From an uncultured virus (IMG/VR IMGVR_UViG_3300034022_000723) (Duplodnaviria > Heunggongvirae > Uroviricota > Caudoviricetes), in the IMG/VR virus record IMGVR_UViG_3300034022_000723, positions 1 through 64,000 of that record: a stretch of DNA of 64,000 nt. One strand, 5' to 3'. The position numbers and the translations under genes were made by a program. Of the stretch, positions 60,755 to 64,000 are shown one piece after another. A model generated the notes under the pieces. That model did no database searches. It was not told the DNA's origin and saw nothing but the letters and a program-made list of their open reading frames with translations. How positions within the stretch are numbered: position 1 is the first letter of the stretch; each line of letters begins with the position of its first letter.

Positions 60755-63751
60755 ATGAAAATACTTGCACATACATGTTTTATCGGAGTAACAGGATATG
60801 CTAATCACGCAAAGTCCTTTTTTTGTGCTCTGAACAAATACCACACAGTTAAGGTTAGAAACTCTACCATAGGTGGGGGTTGGAAGGGAATGAACGATAC
60901 ACCTCATGATGATGAACCATATATCACCGATGAGATGAAGGATATGTTAATTCTACAAACCCTAATCAATGGTGATGGTAGTAGATCTCATTTACCTATG
61001 TATGGTTATAAGAATGATTATAAACCTGACGTTCATATTGTATTGGTGGATATGAACAACTATTATTTTCACGAGAATTACGATGGATATAAGATAGCAT
61101 ATAACGTTTGGGAATCAACACGTTACCCACAAGATTTCTTTAAAAGATTAATGTATTTTGATGAGGTATGGGTACCGACCCAATGGCAGTTTGATTGTTT
61201 GGTTGAACAAGGATATCCATCATCAAAAATATCAATTGTACCTGAAGGAGTTGATGTGGAGACATTTAAACCGTTAAATAAGACACCAAAGAAAGATAAA
61301 TTTAGATTCTTACACTTTGGTAGATGGGATTATAGAAAAGGAACTACAGAGGTTTTAAGGACATTTGGTGAGGTTTTTAAAGGTAGAACCGATGTGGAGT
61401 TGATTGCGTCAGTTGAAAACCCATACGCATACGACGGAATGAAGACCACAGATGAAAGGGTTAAGTATCATAATATTAATGATGAGAATATTAACTTTAT
61501 TAAGTTCACCCCAAGAGAGGATTATGTGAAGTATCTACAAGAAGGTGACGTGTTCGTTACTTGTGCTCGTAGTGAGGGATGGAACTTACCGTTGATTGAG
61601 GCTATGGCTTGTGGAACACCATCAATTTACTCTAATTGGGGAGGTCAATTAGAATTTGCGGAAGGTAATGGTGTTCCCGTTAAGATAGATGGTTTAAGAC
61701 CTGCAAATGTGGAACATAAAGATTTCCCTGGTGAATATTGTGAACCAGATTGGAAAGATTTGGGAGAACAAATGTTAAATGTAATGAATGATTATAAAAA
61801 GTTTAAATCATTCGCAATAGAAGAATCAAAGGAAATTCATATAGATTTCAATTGGGATAAAATAGCAAAAACAGCATCAGAAATATTAATGGAAAAGAAA
61901 ACAATTAGAGAAGATGATTTTTATAAATCAGGAAAATTCTACACAGATGTAGACGTATTAGAAAATTTAGGGGACATTAAAGATTACCAAGGAGGGACTC
62001 TTGAAGTTGCGGATAAGTTTGGTTGGCCGAGAGCAATTTATCATGAAATTTTTAATTTAAAAGATTATTATAAATTCCCCAATCAAGACAAACGAATATT
62101 TGATGGAGATGTGGTAGTTGATTTAGGAGGAAACTTAGGTATCTTTAATAGATGGGCTTATAGTCAAGGTGCGTCTAAAGTAATTTCATTTGAACCAGAT
62201 AGAAGGTATTTCCAATTACTTTCAAAAAATGCCGACCCACGTTCAATATTATATAATGGTGCAATTGCGGATGAGATGGGTGAATTGGTTTTATCCGAAA
62301 CTGGACATTTAGGTGGATCTACATTATTGGAAACAAATGAAGTAACTAACACTTATGCTGTTAAAACATATACATTAAATCATTTGTTTGAAACAGGTGT
62401 TGTAAATAAAATAGATTTTTTAAAGATGGATATTGAAGGTGCTGAACATCACGCATTTTTAGGTATATCGGATGAAAATCTATTAAAGGTTAGAAACATA
62501 GCAATGGAATATCACCATAATTTATTAGGGTATAATGTTGAACTAAGAGAAAACCTTATCAAAAGAATGGCAGGATTAGGATTTGGTCATTTTACTTTAT
62601 TTTGTGGAGGTAACGACAACTTACAAATGTTATATTTTGAAAGAAAGGTCGCATCAAATAGAAGAACAAATGTACATTTCGTAGATGGTCCATTTGTTGA
62701 AATTAATGAGGATAATGAACACCAGTACAATGTTCAATTTATTGATGGGGATACGGGTGACATTGTCTATGAAACCAACATCAAGAGTAATCATTGGACA
62801 AGAGCATCTAAAAAATATTATGTTAATTGGATTGTTAAGATTAAAGGTATTGATAATAATTTTTATAGAGAGGAGAAATTTAATCCTGAAGGTCAAAGAA
62901 TTATGATATGTTTCGAATCTAAATCTTTGGGGGATAGTTTAGCGTGGATACCATATGTAGAAGAGTTTAGAATTAAAAATAAGTGTCATATTATATGTTC
63001 AACATTTAAAAATGATTTATTTAAAGGGCAATATCCTGAAATTGAATTTGTGGAACCTGGTGTTGGGGTGAATAACATTTATGGTCTATATAGATTAGGT
63101 TTATTTTATGATGATAAAAGAACAATTAGATATGATAATCATCCGTCCAATCCTAAAGTAGAACCATTGGGTAAAATGGCAACGGATATATTGGGTTTAG
63201 AATATAAAGAGATTAGACCTAAATTACCAACTTTTAGTAATAAGAAAAAGAAAAGAGTGTGTATTGCTGTCCATTCAACATCACAATGTAAGTATTGGAA
63301 CAACGCAACAGGATGGCAACAAGTGGTTAATCATCTTAAAAGGAAAGGTTATGAGGTAAGATTATTATCTAGAGAAGAGGATGGATATATGGGTAATAAG
63401 AACCCACAAGGGGTCGTACAACAAAAATCAGGACCAATCGAGAAGGTAATTCAAGTTTTAGAAGAGTCGGAACTTTTTATAGGTATTGGTAGTGGATTAA
63501 GTTGGTTGGCGTGGTCTGTGGGTATTCCTTGTGTCATCATTTCAGGTTTTAGTGAGGAATATAGTGAACCAACAATCGGAGTTTCAAGAATTATTAATAA
63601 AGATGTTTGTCATGGATGTTGGAATGTTTACGATTTTAACCCTGGAGATTGGAACTGGTGCCCTGTAAATAAAGGTACAAAACAACAATTTGAATGTTCC
63701 AAATCAATCACAGGTCAAGATGTCATAAAAGAAATTGATAAATTAATATAA
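60755..63751 (+). CDS. Fusion: GT4 glycosyltransferase + FkbM-type methyltransferase + TibC/Aah-like protein O-heptosyltransferase domain
   Basis: GRWDYRKG...RSEGWNLPLIEAMACG; VDLGGNLG..FEP...LKMDIEGAE; SLGD.LAW.PY...KYWN..GW...FIGIGSGLSWLAW...ISGFS...CHGCWN...WCP...FECSKSI. Confidence 0.8.
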   Translation: MKILAHTCFIGVTGYANHAKSFFCALNKYHTVKVRNSTIGGGWKGMNDTPHDDEPYITDEMKDMLILQTLINGDGSRSHLPMYGYKNDYKPDVHIVLVDMNNYYFHENYDGYKIAYNVWESTRYPQDFFKRLMYFDEVWVPTQWQFDCLVEQGYPSSKISIVPEGVDVETFKPLNKTPKKDKFRFLHFGRWDYRKGTTEVLRTFGEVFKGRTDVELIASVENPYAYDGMKTTDERVKYHNINDENINFIKFTPREDYVKYLQEGDVFVTCARSEGWNLPLIEAMACGTPSIYSNWGGQLEFAEGNGVPVKIDGLRPANVEHKDFPGEYCEPDWKDLGEQMLNVMNDYKKFKSFAIEESKEIHIDFNWDKIAKTASEILMEKKTIREDDFYKSGKFYTDVDVLENLGDIKDYQGGTLEVADKFGWPRAIYHEIFNLKDYYKFPNQDKRIFDGDVVVDLGGNLGIFNRWAYSQGASKVISFEPDRRYFQLLSKNADPRSILYNGAIADEMGELVLSETGHLGGSTLLETNEVTNTYAVKTYTLNHLFETGVVNKIDFLKMDIEGAEHHAFLGISDENLLKVRNIAMEYHHNLLGYNVELRENLIKRMAGLGFGHFTLFCGGNDNLQMLYFERKVASNRRTNVHFVDGPFVEINEDNEHQYNVQFIDGDTGDIVYETNIKSNHWTRASKKYYVNWIVKIKGIDNNFYREEKFNPEGQRIMICFESKSLGDSLAWIPYVEEFRIKNKCHIICSTFKNDLFKGQYPEIEFVEPGVGVNNIYGLYRLGLFYDDKRTIRYDNHPSNPKVEPLGKMATDILGLEYKEIRPKLPTFSNKKKKRVCIAVHSTSQCKYWNNATGWQQVVNHLKRKGYEVRLLSREEDGYMGNKNPQGVVQQKSGPIEKVIQVLEESELFIGIGSGLSWLAWSVGIPCVIISGFSEEYSEPTIGVSRIINKDVCHGCWNVYDFNPGDWNWCPVNKGTKQQFECSKSITGQDVIKEIDKLI

Positions 63752-63817
63752 AAATTTATAGATTTATTTCACAAATGTGATTTATAAAGTATTTATTAGG
63801 GTATAACAATATAACCT

Positions 63818-64000
63818 ATGAAAATATTTGACGCAAACATCTCGGGATCACTTAATGTATCGGGCGCAGCTCGTTTTTTTGGAGATCTTCAGGTAGACGG
63901 AACAATAAATGCCACCATAAGTGGTACCACATCAAACGCTTCGGCCCTAAACACAACAGGTTCCGCTCGTTTTGCAACCACAGGTAGTAACCTATTCACC
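63818..64000 (+). CDS. Tail fibre-like protein, 3'-truncated
   Basis: MKIFDANISGSLNVSG...FATTGSNLFT shares SGSLNV and ATTGSN.F motifs with 5214..9050; preceded by GTATTTAT. Confidence 0.65.
   Translation, partial: MKIFDANISGSLNVSGAARFFGDLQVDGTINATISGTTSNASALNTTGSARFATTGSNLFT

Noticed and set aside
1..64000. Stop-codon reassignment, tRNAs, DGR or integrase
   Set aside because: Standard code gives dense, intact ORFs with TAA, TAG and TGA stops. No cloverleaf, reverse transcriptase or recombinase was recognised by eye.

Overview
This AT-rich, gene-dense and almost entirely + strand window looks like part of a large (jumbo-type) tailed phage genome. The host is probably Bacteroidota, inferred from the absence of Shine-Dalgarno motifs, A-rich starts and promoter-like TTG...TATATT motifs. 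1-13950 and 63818-end: virion fibre/adhesin genes (Pro-free Gly-X-Y Ser/Thr/Asn repeats, Thr-Pro linkers, LamG/fibrinogen/Asp-box heads, a peptidase S74 chaperone domain). 13992-53081: a ~39 kb glycan/modification island (GT7, GT2-like and fucosyltransferase-like enzymes, GDP-sugar enzymes including ColD-like and GMD, TPP E1 alpha/beta, amidinotransferase, carbamoyltransferase, APS kinase, radical SAMs, many SGNH-like and 'TEK'-family paralogs). 53109-63751 is the most unusual part. A circularly permuted ATP-grasp-like domain is fused to a cleavage-only Hint domain that would release a 46-aa, 8-Cys peptide. It is followed by a 25-aa micro-ORF and a string of unrelated tailoring enzymes (SET, sulfotransferase, five 2OG-Fe(II) oxygenases, radical SAM, SGNH), most ending in a shared C-terminal K-T-L-I-like tag. 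The block closes with a GT4-FkbM-TibC/Aah-like protein glycosyltransferase fusion. All calls come from motif recognition by eye; no searches were run.
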